The notes beneath the pieces are model-generated. The model was given only the letters and a program-made list of their open reading frames with translations. It ran no database searches and was not told the DNA's origin. A DNA stretch of 64,000 nucleotides, taken from NCBI GenBank assembly GCA_030265395.1, contig JARFYF010000029.1, positions 24,516,701 to 24,580,700 of the forward strand. The letters are read 5' to 3'. Position 1 is the first letter of the stretch, and the number at the start of each line of letters is the position of its first letter. Of this stretch, positions 63,800 through 64,000 are shown in pieces. The translations under genes were made by a program, and so were the position numbers. Source of the stretch: Rhina ancylostomus. Lineage: Eukaryota.

Positions 63800-64000
63800 A
63801 ATGATCAGTCAGGGCACTGAGTATAAAAGTTGTTGGGAAGTGGTGTTGCAAATGTATAACACTTTAGTTTGGCCACATTTGGAGTATTGTGTACAATTCT
63901 GTCACTACACCATGGAGGAAGGATATGGAGGCTTTGGGGAGGATGCAGAGGATGTTTACCAGGATGTTCTTTGGATTGGTGTGTCTTAGCTATAGGGAGA
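63800..64000 (+). mobile_element. CR1 ORF2 C-terminal fragment, runs off the window
   Basis: ISQGTEYKS..EVVLQMYNTLVWPHLEYCVQF. Confidence 0.9.

Overview
Eukaryotic, AT-rich, repeat-laden genomic DNA with several N gaps. The repeat families suggest a cartilaginous fish, probably a ray (inference). The window is centred on a CpG-rich bidirectional promoter (~30.7-32.9 kb) shared by two head-to-head genes. DOCK4 lies on the - strand: only coding exon 1 (MWIPTDNEKYGV) is visible, so 1-32077 is read as its intron 1. ZNF277 lies on the + strand: coding exons 1-10 are visible, all GT-AG, and they splice in one open frame (955 nt); the gene continues past the window. The rest is decayed retroelements (CR1, L2, RTE, Rex1/Babar, Tx1-like, Penelope-like) and SINEs (V-domain and Deu-domain). 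Almost all ORFs in the track are spurious or TE-derived. I found no clearly new gene system. The best second-look items are: minimal hammerhead-ribozyme cores in Penelope-derived repeats, two of them in short fold-back units; an RTE copy with a twin-priming-like 5' inversion; a ~1 kb inverted-repeat element with nested palindromes; and four ZNF143/SBS-type motifs in the shared promoter. Gene and family assignments are from my recall of the sequences, not database searches. Repeat boundaries are approximate.
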